Part shown: piece after piece, positions 33,116 to 41,778 of the stretch | Layout of the letters: each line of letters begins with the position of its first letter | Position numbering within the stretch: position 1 is the stretch's first letter | From: Gaiellales bacterium | Lineage (GTDB): Bacteria > Actinomycetota > Thermoleophilia > Gaiellales > JAICJC01 | Reading direction: 5' to 3' | Length of the DNA: 64,000 bases | Assembly: GCA_035695105.1 (NCBI GenBank) | Contig: DASSEV010000020.1 | Span: 73-64,072, forward strand | Position numbers and translations under genes: made by a program | The notes under the pieces: model-generated | Database searches by the model: none | What the model was told of the DNA's origin: nothing | What the model saw: the letters and a program-made list of their open reading frames with translations, nothing else

Positions 33116-34524
33116 CCGTGCTACGGGTGGCGTCGTGGCCGCTACGCGTCCGGCTGGCCATCCTCGCCGTCGTGCTGGCGGCCTGCGGCCTGCTCGTGGC
33201 AGGCCTGGCCACGCGCTACGCGCTCGAGCAGTTCCTGATCCACCGGGTCGACGAGCAGTTCACGTCCGCCCAGGGAGCGCTGGTGCACCTCGGTGACTAC
33301 GACCACGGGCTGCCGCCCGGGGCGGTGCTTCCCTCGCACAGCTACGCGGTCGTCTATCCGGCTGGCGCCTCCGTGTACTTCCCAACCGGCAGCGCGCCGC
33401 CCAGCCTGGTGAAGCAGGCCGCCGCTGCGCCGCCGGGGCGGCACTCCATGGAGGGCTACCGGTTCGACGTCGTGTCGACCGCCGTTGCCGACCCCGACTC
33501 GGACGTGCCACGGAACGGGCGGTTGGTGATGGCGATCCCCCTGTCGGACGTCAACGCGACGCTCGACCGGCTCGCGGTGCTCGAGTTGCTGGTGGGGTTG
33601 GCGGTGCTGGCCGCGGTCGCCGTGCTCGCCTACCTGCTGGTGCGGCGCGAGCTGGCCCCCCTCGGACGCATCGAGCACACCGCCGCGGCGATCGCGGCGG
33701 GCGACCTGTCCCGGCGCGTGGAGGAGGGCGATCCCTCGACCGAGATGGGCAGCCTCGCCATGTCCCTGAACGAGATGCTCGCGCAGATCGAGCAGGCGTT
33801 CGAGGAGCGGCGTCGCTCGGAGTCGCGGCTCCGGCAGTTCGTCGCCGACGCCTCGCACGAGCTGAAGACCCCGCTCACCTCCGTACGAGGGTTCGCCGAG
33901 CTGTTCCGGCGGGGCGCCGCGGAGCGCCCGGCCGACCTCGCGCTGGCCATGTCGAGGATCGAGGCGGAGGCCGAGCGGATGGGGATTCTCGTCGACGACC
34001 TGCTGACGCTGGCGCGGCTCGACCAGGGCAGGCCGCTGTCGCGCGACCTGGTCGACGTCGGCGCGCTGGTCGGAGAGCTGGTCGAGGATCACCGGCTGCT
34101 GCACCCGGAGTGGCCGGCGGAGGCGGAGCTGAGCCCCGATGCGGAGGTGGTGGGCGACCGTGTGCGGCTGCGCCAGGCGTTCGCCAACATGCTCGCGAAC
34201 GCACGCTCGCACACGCCGCCCGGCACGCGGATCGAGGCGCGGGTGAGCCAGGAGGACGGCGGGGTGTCGGTGTCGATCGCCGACGAGGGGCCCGGGATAC
34301 CGCAGGACGTGCTCGACAGCGTGTTCGAGCGCTTCGTGCGGGCGGATCCCTCACGGGCCCGGTCGAGCGGCGGCTCGGGCCTGGGCCTCGCGATCGTCGA
34401 GGGCATCGTGCACGCCCACGGCGGCCGGGTCGAAGCGGCCAACCGGCCCGAGGGTGGTGCCGTGTTCACGGTCTGGCTGCCGCAGGAGCCCCCGGTGCAG
34501 GGCGACGAACCTCCGGTCGAGTAG
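33112..34524 (+). CDS. Sensor histidine kinase (two TM, HAMP, HisKA, HATPase_c)
   Basis: GTG 33112 overlaps the regulator stop (GTGA). H-box ADASHELKTPLTS. N/G boxes MLANARSHTP, DEGPGI and GGSGLGLAIV. Confidence 0.87.
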   Translation: MTVLRVASWPLRVRLAILAVVLAACGLLVAGLATRYALEQFLIHRVDEQFTSAQGALVHLGDYDHGLPPGAVLPSHSYAVVYPAGASVYFPTGSAPPSLVKQAAAAPPGRHSMEGYRFDVVSTAVADPDSDVPRNGRLVMAIPLSDVNATLDRLAVLELLVGLAVLAAVAVLAYLLVRRELAPLGRIEHTAAAIAAGDLSRRVEEGDPSTEMGSLAMSLNEMLAQIEQAFEERRRSESRLRQFVADASHELKTPLTSVRGFAELFRRGAAERPADLALAMSRIEAEAERMGILVDDLLTLARLDQGRPLSRDLVDVGALVGELVEDHRLLHPEWPAEAELSPDAEVVGDRVRLRQAFANMLANARSHTPPGTRIEARVSQEDGGVSVSIADEGPGIPQDVLDSVFERFVRADPSRARSSGGSGLGLAIVEGIVHAHGGRVEAANRPEGGAVFTVWLPQEPPVQGDEPPVE

Positions 34525-34640
34525 CGCCGGCGCCATCCCCGATGACCCGTACGCGCGTGGGCGGTCGCCGGGTTGCGCTGTGCGTGACAAACCGTCGCCA
34601 GCGCCTCCCGTACGGGTTGGTACACCATCTGGAGGACACC

Positions 34641-35201
34641 ATGAGCACACCATCACCCGGACGTATCGCGGTTGCCATCGTCGCCGTCGCGCTCGTCCTC
34701 ACCGCCGCCGCGTGCGGCTCGTCGAGCTCGGCGTCGAGCGTGAGCCCGGCCGCCGGCGGATCCGCGCCCACCGTGGCGACCCGCCACAGCAGCAGCCTGG
34801 GGGCCACTGTCCTCGTCAACGCGGACGGCCGGACGCTCTACACGCTGTCGGCTGAGGGCAACGGGAAGTTCATCTGCACGAAGACCGCCACCATCCCCGG
34901 GTCGACGACGGCCTGCACGACCGTCTGGCATCCCCTGATCGCCAGTGGGCCCGTGACCGGCAGTGGCGTTTCCTCGCTAGGCACCGTCATGCGGCCGGAC
35001 GGCGGCGGGCGCCAGGTCACCTACCGCGGCATGCCGCTGTACACCTTCGCCGACGACAAGGCTCCCGGAGACGCTGCCGGAAACGGCTTCCACGACGTGG
35101 GCGTGTGGCGAGCGGTGACCATCGGCGCAGCCACAGGCGGCTCGAGCGGCGGCTCGACTGGCGGATCCAGCGGCGGCGGTGGCTACGGATACGGCTACTA
35201 G
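34641..35201 (+). CDS. Lipoprotein of the COG4315 / 'secreted repeat of unknown function' type with a Gly/Ser/Tyr tail
   Basis: GGAGGA RBS. Lipobox LTAAAC|G. Repeats with TLYTL and MPLYTFADD motifs. C-terminus is GGSSGGSTGGSSGGGGYGYGY. Confidence 0.75.
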   Translation: MSTPSPGRIAVAIVAVALVLTAAACGSSSSASSVSPAAGGSAPTVATRHSSSLGATVLVNADGRTLYTLSAEGNGKFICTKTATIPGSTTACTTVWHPLIASGPVTGSGVSSLGTVMRPDGGGRQVTYRGMPLYTFADDKAPGDAAGNGFHDVGVWRAVTIGAATGGSSGGSTGGSSGGGGYGYGY

Positions 35202-35255
35202 CCCTACGGGAAGCGGCATGGACAGGCCCGATCCTGCAGCGTACAGTTGCCCGCC

Positions 35256-37151
35256 ATGGAGGCAGGGGACCGATCTCCACTCTCGGTCGACGCCGAGACC
35301 ATGCGCGAGCTCGGCTACAGGACCGTGGACATGCTCGTCGACCGGCTCGCCGGCGATCCGGGCCCGGTCGTGCGGGCCGGAGACCCGGCGAGGTTGCGCG
35401 ACGCCCTGTCCATGCCGCCTCCCGAGCAGCCCTCGCCGTTCGACGCGATCCTGGCGGATCTCGAGCGCGAGGTGCTGCCCTACGTGGCCCGGATCAGCCA
35501 CCCCGGCTACCTGGCGTTCATCCCGGGCGAGGGCACGTGGCCCGGCGCTCTCGGCGATCTGATCGCCAGCGCCCTCAACATGGACACGTGCTGGTGGCTC
35601 GGTGCGTCCGGGCCGGCCGCGCTCGAGCTGGCCGTCATCGACTGGATCCGCGGCTGGGTCGGCTACCCCGAGGGCGCCGGCGGCGTGCTGGTCTCGGGCG
35701 GGTCGGCCGCGAACCTGACCGCGCTCGCCTGCGCGCGCGAGTCCCTGGTCGGCTCGATGACCCCGGATGCAGTCGTCTACCTGAGCGACCAGGCGCACGT
35801 CTCGCTGGCCAAAGGCGCCCGCGCCCTCGGCTTCCGTCCAGACCGCGTACGGATCATCGCCAGCGACCGGCAGGGCCGCATGCGCTGCGACGCCCTGCGG
35901 GCTGCGATCGAGGCCGATGCGTCGGAGGGGCTGCGGCCGCTGGCAGTGGTTGCCAACGCCGGCAGCACCGGTGTCGGCGCGGTCGATCCGTTCGCCGACG
36001 TCTCCGCGATCTGCCGCGAGCGTGGCCTCTGGCTGCACGTCGACGGCGCGTACGGCGGATTTGCCTGCCTGACGGAGCGCGGACGAGCCGCCCTGGCCGG
36101 CATGGAGCTGGCGGATTCGATTACCCTCGATCCGCACAAGTGGTTCTACCAGCCGATCGAGCTGGGGACGCTGCTCGTGCAGGACGGGCGGCTGCTGCGC
36201 CGGGCGTTCGAGATCTCGCACGACTACCTGGACGACGTCCAGGTGTCGGCCACCGAGGTGAACTTCTCCGACCTCGGGCTGCAGCTGACGCGCACCAGCC
36301 GGGCGCTGAAGCTGTGGATGTCCGTTCGCTATTTCGGGCTGGCGGCCTTCCGACAGGCGATCGACACCTCGCTCGACCTGGCCGAGCACGCCCAGCGCCG
36401 CATCGAGCAGGAGACTGAGCTCGAGCTGGTGACGCCCGCGTCGCTCGGCGTCGTCACCTTCAGGCGCTGCCCGGCCGGCATCGAGGATCCCGGGGCGATC
36501 GACACGATCAACGCGCAGATCGCGGCGGCAACGGCGCAGGACGGGCGGGTGTTCCTGTCGACGACGCTCGTCCGCGGCAGGCTCGTGCTGCGGATGTGCG
36601 TGCTGAACCACTCGACCACGCGCAAGCACATCGATCTGGCCCTGGACATGGTGGCGCGGGGTGAGTTCGACGCCGGCGCCGTGCCGGCCAGGCCGCCGTC
36701 TCGTGAGCCTGCGATCGCGGCCGGGTGGCTGGATCAGCGGCCGCTGGACGCGGACGCCCTGCGCTCGTTGCCGCTCCTCGCCGAGCTGGATGACGAGCGG
36801 GCGCGCCGCGTGCTCGCCCGCCTGCGTGAGCGGCGCGCCGCACCCGGCGAAACCGTGGTCGGGCAATGGCAGGCGGGCCGCGACCTGTTCGTGATCCTGG
36901 CCGGCTCGGTGCGGGTCGCGGACGGCCATCGCGAGCTCGGAACGCTCGGGCCCGGGGAGTTCTTCGGCGAGATGGCGGCGCTTGACTGGGGCGCCAGCTT
37001 CGGCCGCTCACGCGTGGCCACCGTGGTCGCGGCGGAGCCGTGCCGGATGGCGGTGCTCGACTGGGAGCTCGTCGCCTGGCTCGCGCAGGCGGTGCCCGCG
37101 GTGCGCGCCGAGCTCGAGCGCGCGGCGCGGGAGCGCATGGCCGCGCTCTGA
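35256..37151 (+). CDS. Group II PLP-dependent amino-acid decarboxylase fused to a C-terminal cyclic-nucleotide-binding domain
   Basis: Decarboxylase core with HPGYLAFIPG, SGGSAANL, HVDGAYGG and PLP-lysine motif DPHKW (Lys codon 36138-36140). After a ~40-aa linker comes a cNMP-binding-like domain (from ~36768) with GEFFGEMAAL...RSRVATVVA (36960 onward). An alternative TTG start lies at 35247. Confidence 0.8.
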   Translation: MEAGDRSPLSVDAETMRELGYRTVDMLVDRLAGDPGPVVRAGDPARLRDALSMPPPEQPSPFDAILADLEREVLPYVARISHPGYLAFIPGEGTWPGALGDLIASALNMDTCWWLGASGPAALELAVIDWIRGWVGYPEGAGGVLVSGGSAANLTALACARESLVGSMTPDAVVYLSDQAHVSLAKGARALGFRPDRVRIIASDRQGRMRCDALRAAIEADASEGLRPLAVVANAGSTGVGAVDPFADVSAICRERGLWLHVDGAYGGFACLTERGRAALAGMELADSITLDPHKWFYQPIELGTLLVQDGRLLRRAFEISHDYLDDVQVSATEVNFSDLGLQLTRTSRALKLWMSVRYFGLAAFRQAIDTSLDLAEHAQRRIEQETELELVTPASLGVVTFRRCPAGIEDPGAIDTINAQIAAATAQDGRVFLSTTLVRGRLVLRMCVLNHSTTRKHIDLALDMVARGEFDAGAVPARPPSREPAIAAGWLDQRPLDADALRSLPLLAELDDERARRVLARLRERRAAPGETVVGQWQAGRDLFVILAGSVRVADGHRELGTLGPGEFFGEMAALDWGASFGRSRVATVVAAEPCRMAVLDWELVAWLAQAVPAVRAELERAARERMAAL

Positions 37152-37176
37152 CGCCGAACCGAGGCCCGGACCGCTG

Positions 37177-38094
37177 CTAGTCGTCGCGGGTGACGTCCTC
37201 GAGCAGACGCGGGAAGTCGGGCCCGTCGAACTCGGCTGTCGCGCGCTCGTACTTCTCCATGCCCCATTCCCAGAAGTCGAAGTCGATCTCCGAGACGCCG
37301 TCCTGGATCGAGGCCCACAGCGTCCAGCCGTACTTGGACATCAGGCCCCAGAGCCGGGCCCGGGCCACCTTGTTGCGCAGCGGCCGGCCGTAGTAGGCCG
37401 CGACCAGCTGCTCGAGCTGGTCGAGCGACAGGTTCGACTCGCTCCAGACGTTGCCCAGCTCGAAGCAGGCGTCGTTGTTGCCCGAGTACTCGTAGTCGAT
37501 CAGGCGGAATTCCCCGCCGACGTCGATGAAGTTCTCGGCCAGCAGGTCGTTGTTGCAGGGCACCGTCCCCTCGTCGCGCACGGCCATCGCCCGCTCGATG
37601 TCGCGGACGGCCGGCTCGAACTCGAGGTAGCGCTCGGGTAGGCGGAACCCGCGCTCCTGCACGAGCGCCAGGTAGCGCCGCTGGATGTCGAACATGTTGA
37701 AGTCGTCGCGGAACCGGCGTGCGCCGTGCAGCCTGCGGCAAGCGCGTGCGATCATCTCGATCTTGTCGCCGCGACGCAGATCCTCGGCGCTCTGGGCCTG
37801 GCCCTCGATGAACTCGAGCACCATCAGCGATCGCTCCGGCACGTAGCCGACGACGCGTGCGCCGACGCCGGCGTCAGCCGCCGCAACGGAGTTCTGGTAC
37901 TCGTTGTCACGGTCGATCGCGAGCAGGCCGGCGTCCTTGGCGCTGATGCGGACGACGAAGGCGCCGGCCGGCGTCTCGACCTTGTAGTTGGTGTTCGTCA
38001 GGCCGCCCGCGAGCTCGCTGACGGTGCGCTCGCCGCGGAGCTCGGGGACGACGTCGACGAGGGCCTCGATGGCGTCTTCAGGAGGGTGTTTCAC
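37177..38094 (-). CDS. Choline/ethanolamine kinase family protein (APH fold)
   Basis: GTG start. Motifs GGLTNTNYKV, CNNDLLAENF and LIDYEYSGNND (Brenner and choline-kinase motifs). Confidence 0.8.
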   Translation of the reverse strand: MKHPPEDAIEALVDVVPELRGERTVSELAGGLTNTNYKVETPAGAFVVRISAKDAGLLAIDRDNEYQNSVAAADAGVGARVVGYVPERSLMVLEFIEGQAQSAEDLRRGDKIEMIARACRRLHGARRFRDDFNMFDIQRRYLALVQERGFRLPERYLEFEPAVRDIERAMAVRDEGTVPCNNDLLAENFIDVGGEFRLIDYEYSGNNDACFELGNVWSESNLSLDQLEQLVAAYYGRPLRNKVARARLWGLMSKYGWTLWASIQDGVSEIDFDFWEWGMEKYERATAEFDGPDFPRLLEDVTRDD

Positions 38095-38274
38095 GGTGGC
38101 GGTGGATAGATCCGGTGAGTGGCGCGCCAGCAGGAGGCGGCGGCGGGACGAGCCGATATCGGGAATATTGGCGAGGAGCGACGGCGTCTCCTGCGCCAGC
38201 GCGACGCCGCCGGGCGCCGCCAGTCATCGTGAAACAACCTCCTGCACGGCGCGAGTATATTCAGCCGCGCGCCC

Positions 38275-40698
38275 GTGGTTCAGACCCTTCCCGACCGAGC
38301 CCAGGTCGTCGTCATCGGCGGCGGCGTCACGGGCTGCAGCGTTGCCTACCACCTCGCCCTCGCGGGCTGGAAGGACGTCCTGCTGGTCGAGAAGGCGCAG
38401 CTGACCAGCGGGTCGACGTGCCACGCGGCTGGTCTCGTCACGCAGTTCAACCCGTCCCCGACCATGATGCGGTTCCGCCGGTACAGCGTCGAGCTGTACG
38501 AGCGGCTGGGGGTGTTCGACCGGCTCGGCAGCCTGCGCATCGCGTCCTCTCCCGAGAGCCTCGTCGACCTGCGCCGGGGCGCGAGCCGCGCGCGCGGCAT
38601 CGGCCTCGACGTGCACGTGCTCTCGCCCGACGAGGCGCTCGAGCGGATGCCGCAGGCGAGCCGCGAGAGCCTGTACGGCGCGGTCTGGGTCGAGGCGGAC
38701 GGGTGCGTCGACCCGCACCGGGCGACCCACGCGCTGGCGGACGCGGCGCGCGAGCTGGGCGTGACGGTCGCCATCAACACGCCGGTGACGGGGATCGAGC
38801 TCGACGGCGGACGGACCGTGCGGGCGGTGCGCACGGCGGCGGGCGCGATCGAGACAGAGCACGTCGTCAACGCCTGCGGCATCTGGGCGCCGCAGGTCTC
38901 GGCGATGGTGGGGGCGTTCACACCCTCCGTGCCGGTCGACCACCAGCACATCGCCCTGCAGGCGGTCGAGGGCCACGAGCTGCCGCGCGACATGCCCTGC
39001 TTCCGGGACACTGACAACCTGGTGTACGGCCGCTCCGAGGCGGGCGGGGTGCTGTTCGGCGGGTACGAGCCGAACCCGGTCTCCCGGTGGCAGGACGGGG
39101 TGCCCTGGGAGCACGCGGGCGCGAACCTGCCGGCCGACGAGCAGCGCTTCGCCCAGCTGTGGAGCGGTGCGGCGCGCCGGTTCCCGTTCCTCGAGGACGC
39201 CGGCATGGTCACGCTCGAGTGCCACCCTGACGCGATGACGCCCGACGGCAACCCGCTGCTCGGCCCGATGCCCGGGATCCGCGGCTACTGGATGGCCGCG
39301 GGGCTCTCGCTGAACGGGTTCGGCGGGGCGGGTGGGATCGGCAAGTCGATCGCGGAGTGGATGACCGGCGGCGAGGCCGAGCTGGACACGCACGGCATGC
39401 GCGCGTGGCGGTTCGGCGACGCGTACCGCCGTCCCGCGGAGGTCGACGCCGCGGGCAGGGAGGTCTACCGCTACTACTACCGGCTCCGCTACCCGGACGA
39501 TCAGGACGAGTGGGGGCGGCCGAACCGGCTGAGCGCCCTGCACGGCCGGCTGCAGGACGCCGGCGCGGTGTTCGGCGCGAAGAACGGCTGGGAGCGGGCC
39601 GATCACGTGGTGCCGGGGCGGCCGTGGCGGCGCGCGGGCGCTGACCAGCGCGCGTACGGCTGGGCGGCGCCGCCCTGGCTCGGCACCGTCGGCGAGGAGC
39701 ACCGCGCCGCCCGCGAGCGTGTCGCGCTGATCGATATGACCTCGTTCGGCAAGATCGAGCTCGAGGGCCCCGGGGCGCTGGGTCTGCTCGAGCGCGTGTG
39801 CGACAACCGCATCGACCGGCCGAAGGGCAGCGTCGTCTACACCCAGTTCCTGAACCGACGCGGCGGAATCGTCGCCGACGTGACGGTGACGCGGCTGGGT
39901 GAGCAGCGGTTCCGGGTGATCACCGGGGCCGGTGTTGTCGAATCCGACATCGGCTGGCTCGAGCTGCACCGGCAGGCGGACGACGGCGACGTTGCCATCC
40001 GCGAGGTGACCGAGGAGCTGGCGGTGATCGGGATCTGGGGGCCGCTGTCCCGTGAGGTGGTCGCGGCCTGCACGGACGACGACGTCTCCGGCGCGGCGAT
40101 CCCGTTCCGCACCGCCCGCGGCATCCGGATCGGCGCGCCGGTGCTGGCACAGCGGATCACGTACGTCGGCGAGCTCGGGTTCGAGCTGTACACCGGCCGT
40201 CGAGACGCCGTGCAGGTGTGGGACAGGCTGGCCGCGGCCGGCGAGGGCCACGGCCTGCGCGTGATCGGCTATCGGGCGCTCGACGGGCTGCGGATGGAGA
40301 AGGGGTACCGGTACATGGGCACGGATCTGACGGGCGGTGACACGCCGTACGCGGCCGGCCTCGGGTTCTGCGTCGCGAAGGACAAGGAGTTCATCGGCCG
40401 CGAGGCGCTGGTCGGCCGCGAGCAGCCCGAGCTGCGGATCCGCACCCTTCTCGTCGGCGACGAGGGGTACCGGCCGCTGTACGGCGGAGAGGCGGTGCTC
40501 GTCGCAGGCGAGACCATGGGCCGCGTTCGCAGCGCCGCCTACGGGCACACGGTGCGAAGGAACATCGCCTACGCCTACCTCCCGGCGGATCTCCCGGACG
40601 ACGCGCCGGTCGCGGTCGAGGTGCTCGGTGAGCCGGTGCCGGCGGAGCCGGCGCCCGACGTCCTGGTCGACCCCGAGAACGCCCGGATCCGCGGCTGA
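38275..40698 (+). CDS. FAD-dependent oxidoreductase fused to a GcvT aminomethyltransferase domain (dimethylglycine/sarcosine oxidase or dehydrogenase-like)
   Basis: GTG start. Dinucleotide-binding motif VVVIGGGVTGCSVAYHLA. C-terminal GcvT fold (ALIDMTSFGK, YVGELGFELY, EKGYRY). Confidence 0.85.
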   Translation: MVQTLPDRAQVVVIGGGVTGCSVAYHLALAGWKDVLLVEKAQLTSGSTCHAAGLVTQFNPSPTMMRFRRYSVELYERLGVFDRLGSLRIASSPESLVDLRRGASRARGIGLDVHVLSPDEALERMPQASRESLYGAVWVEADGCVDPHRATHALADAARELGVTVAINTPVTGIELDGGRTVRAVRTAAGAIETEHVVNACGIWAPQVSAMVGAFTPSVPVDHQHIALQAVEGHELPRDMPCFRDTDNLVYGRSEAGGVLFGGYEPNPVSRWQDGVPWEHAGANLPADEQRFAQLWSGAARRFPFLEDAGMVTLECHPDAMTPDGNPLLGPMPGIRGYWMAAGLSLNGFGGAGGIGKSIAEWMTGGEAELDTHGMRAWRFGDAYRRPAEVDAAGREVYRYYYRLRYPDDQDEWGRPNRLSALHGRLQDAGAVFGAKNGWERADHVVPGRPWRRAGADQRAYGWAAPPWLGTVGEEHRAARERVALIDMTSFGKIELEGPGALGLLERVCDNRIDRPKGSVVYTQFLNRRGGIVADVTVTRLGEQRFRVITGAGVVESDIGWLELHRQADDGDVAIREVTEELAVIGIWGPLSREVVAACTDDDVSGAAIPFRTARGIRIGAPVLAQRITYVGELGFELYTGRRDAVQVWDRLAAAGEGHGLRVIGYRALDGLRMEKGYRYMGTDLTGGDTPYAAGLGFCVAKDKEFIGREALVGREQPELRIRTLLVGDEGYRPLYGGEAVLVAGETMGRVRSAAYGHTVRRNIAYAYLPADLPDDAPVAVEVLGEPVPAEPAPDVLVDPENARIRG

Positions 40699-40700
40699 GC

Positions 40701-41291
40701 ATGGAGCGGCCGGACGAGCTGCAGGGCCTGCCCGTCCTCCCATTCGAGACCGTGCGGGAGTGGCGCGACTGGCTGAGCGCCCAGCCGGAGGGGGCGCGCG
40801 GGCTCTGGGTGCGGTTCGCCCGGTCGGGCTCGGGCATCGCCTCGATCACGCACGCCGAGGCGCTCGAGGAGGCGCTGTGCGACGGCTGGATCGACGGGCA
40901 GGTGCGCCGGCTCGACGACCGGTGGTGGGCACAGCGGTTCGGCCCGCGCACCGCGCGGAGCCGCTGGTCGAAGGTCAACCGGGAGGCGGCCGAGCGCCTG
41001 ATCGACCAGGGCCGGATGCGGCCGGGCGGGCTGCGGGAGGTGGAGCGGGCGAAGGCCGACGGCCGGTGGGTGGCCGCGTACGACCCGCCCAGCCGCGCGC
41101 GTGTGCCGGAGGATCTGGCCGCGGCGCTGGCCGTATCGCCGGAGGCCGCGCGCTTCTTCGAGGCGCTGGACAGCCGCAACCGCTACTCGGTGCTCCACCG
41201 CGTGGAGGCTGCGAAGCGGCCCGAGACGCGCGCCCGCCGGATCGCCCAGTTCGTGGCGATGCTCGAGCGCGGCGAGAAGCTGTACCCCTAG
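40701..41291 (+). CDS. YdeI/OmpD-associated family protein
   Basis: Starts 2 nt after the upstream stop. The WLSAQPEGARGLWVRFARSGSG ... YSVLHRVEAAKRPETRARRI pattern is typical of the YdeI/DUF1801-related family. Confidence 0.72.
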   Translation: MERPDELQGLPVLPFETVREWRDWLSAQPEGARGLWVRFARSGSGIASITHAEALEEALCDGWIDGQVRRLDDRWWAQRFGPRTARSRWSKVNREAAERLIDQGRMRPGGLREVERAKADGRWVAAYDPPSRARVPEDLAAALAVSPEAARFFEALDSRNRYSVLHRVEAAKRPETRARRIAQFVAMLERGEKLYP

Positions 41292-41292
41292 A

Positions 41293-41778
41293 TCACATTG
41301 CTCGCCAGACCGTGTGCCGCGGCGCCGGATCCCCGTGCCCGGTCGTCCGCGTGAGCAGGCACCGGTTCAGCCGGAGCTCGAACAGCTCCCACTCCGCCGG
41401 CACCGGGGAGCCCGGCTGATCCCGCTCCTCGCGGAACTGCGAGCCGGCCTGATCGCGCGTCGCACCGTCGGTCACCTGCGTCGCGCGGCCGTAGATCGAG
41501 AAGGCGTCCTCGTTCGTCTCGGTCGGAAACGAGTGGAGCGCGAAGCGGCCGTCGCGGTGGAGGTCATTCCGCTTCGGCGACGGGATCACGAACAGGAACA
41601 GGCCGGAGCCGTGCACCTGGGGACACACGGGATGGACGCGCGGGGCGCCGGTGCGGTCCACCGTCGCCAGAAACGCCAACCCGACGCCGTACTGGTAGAA
41701 GAGCTCGCGGCCGGCTTCGGCCAGGTCCGGCCGCTGGGCGGCGAATGCGTTCCAGCCGATGGACGCGGCATCGCTCAC
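41293..41778 (-). CDS. Pyridoxamine 5'-phosphate oxidase-like (split beta-barrel, FMN-binding) protein
   Basis: Track ORF 41293..43437 trimmed to GTG 41778, which overlaps the MFS stop (GTGA). The LAFLATVDRTGAPRVHPV ... LFLFVIPSPKRNDL pattern is typical of the PPOX class. Confidence 0.68.
   Translation of the reverse strand: MSDAASIGWNAFAAQRPDLAEAGRELFYQYGVGLAFLATVDRTGAPRVHPVCPQVHGSGLFLFVIPSPKRNDLHRDGRFALHSFPTETNEDAFSIYGRATQVTDGATRDQAGSQFREERDQPGSPVPAEWELFELRLNRCLLTRTTGHGDPAPRHTVWRAM

Noticed and set aside
38224-40743. 839-aa minus-strand ORF antisense to the dimethylglycine-oxidase-like gene.
   Set aside because: No motifs and a shadow composition. The sense frame has FAD-binding and GcvT signatures end to end.
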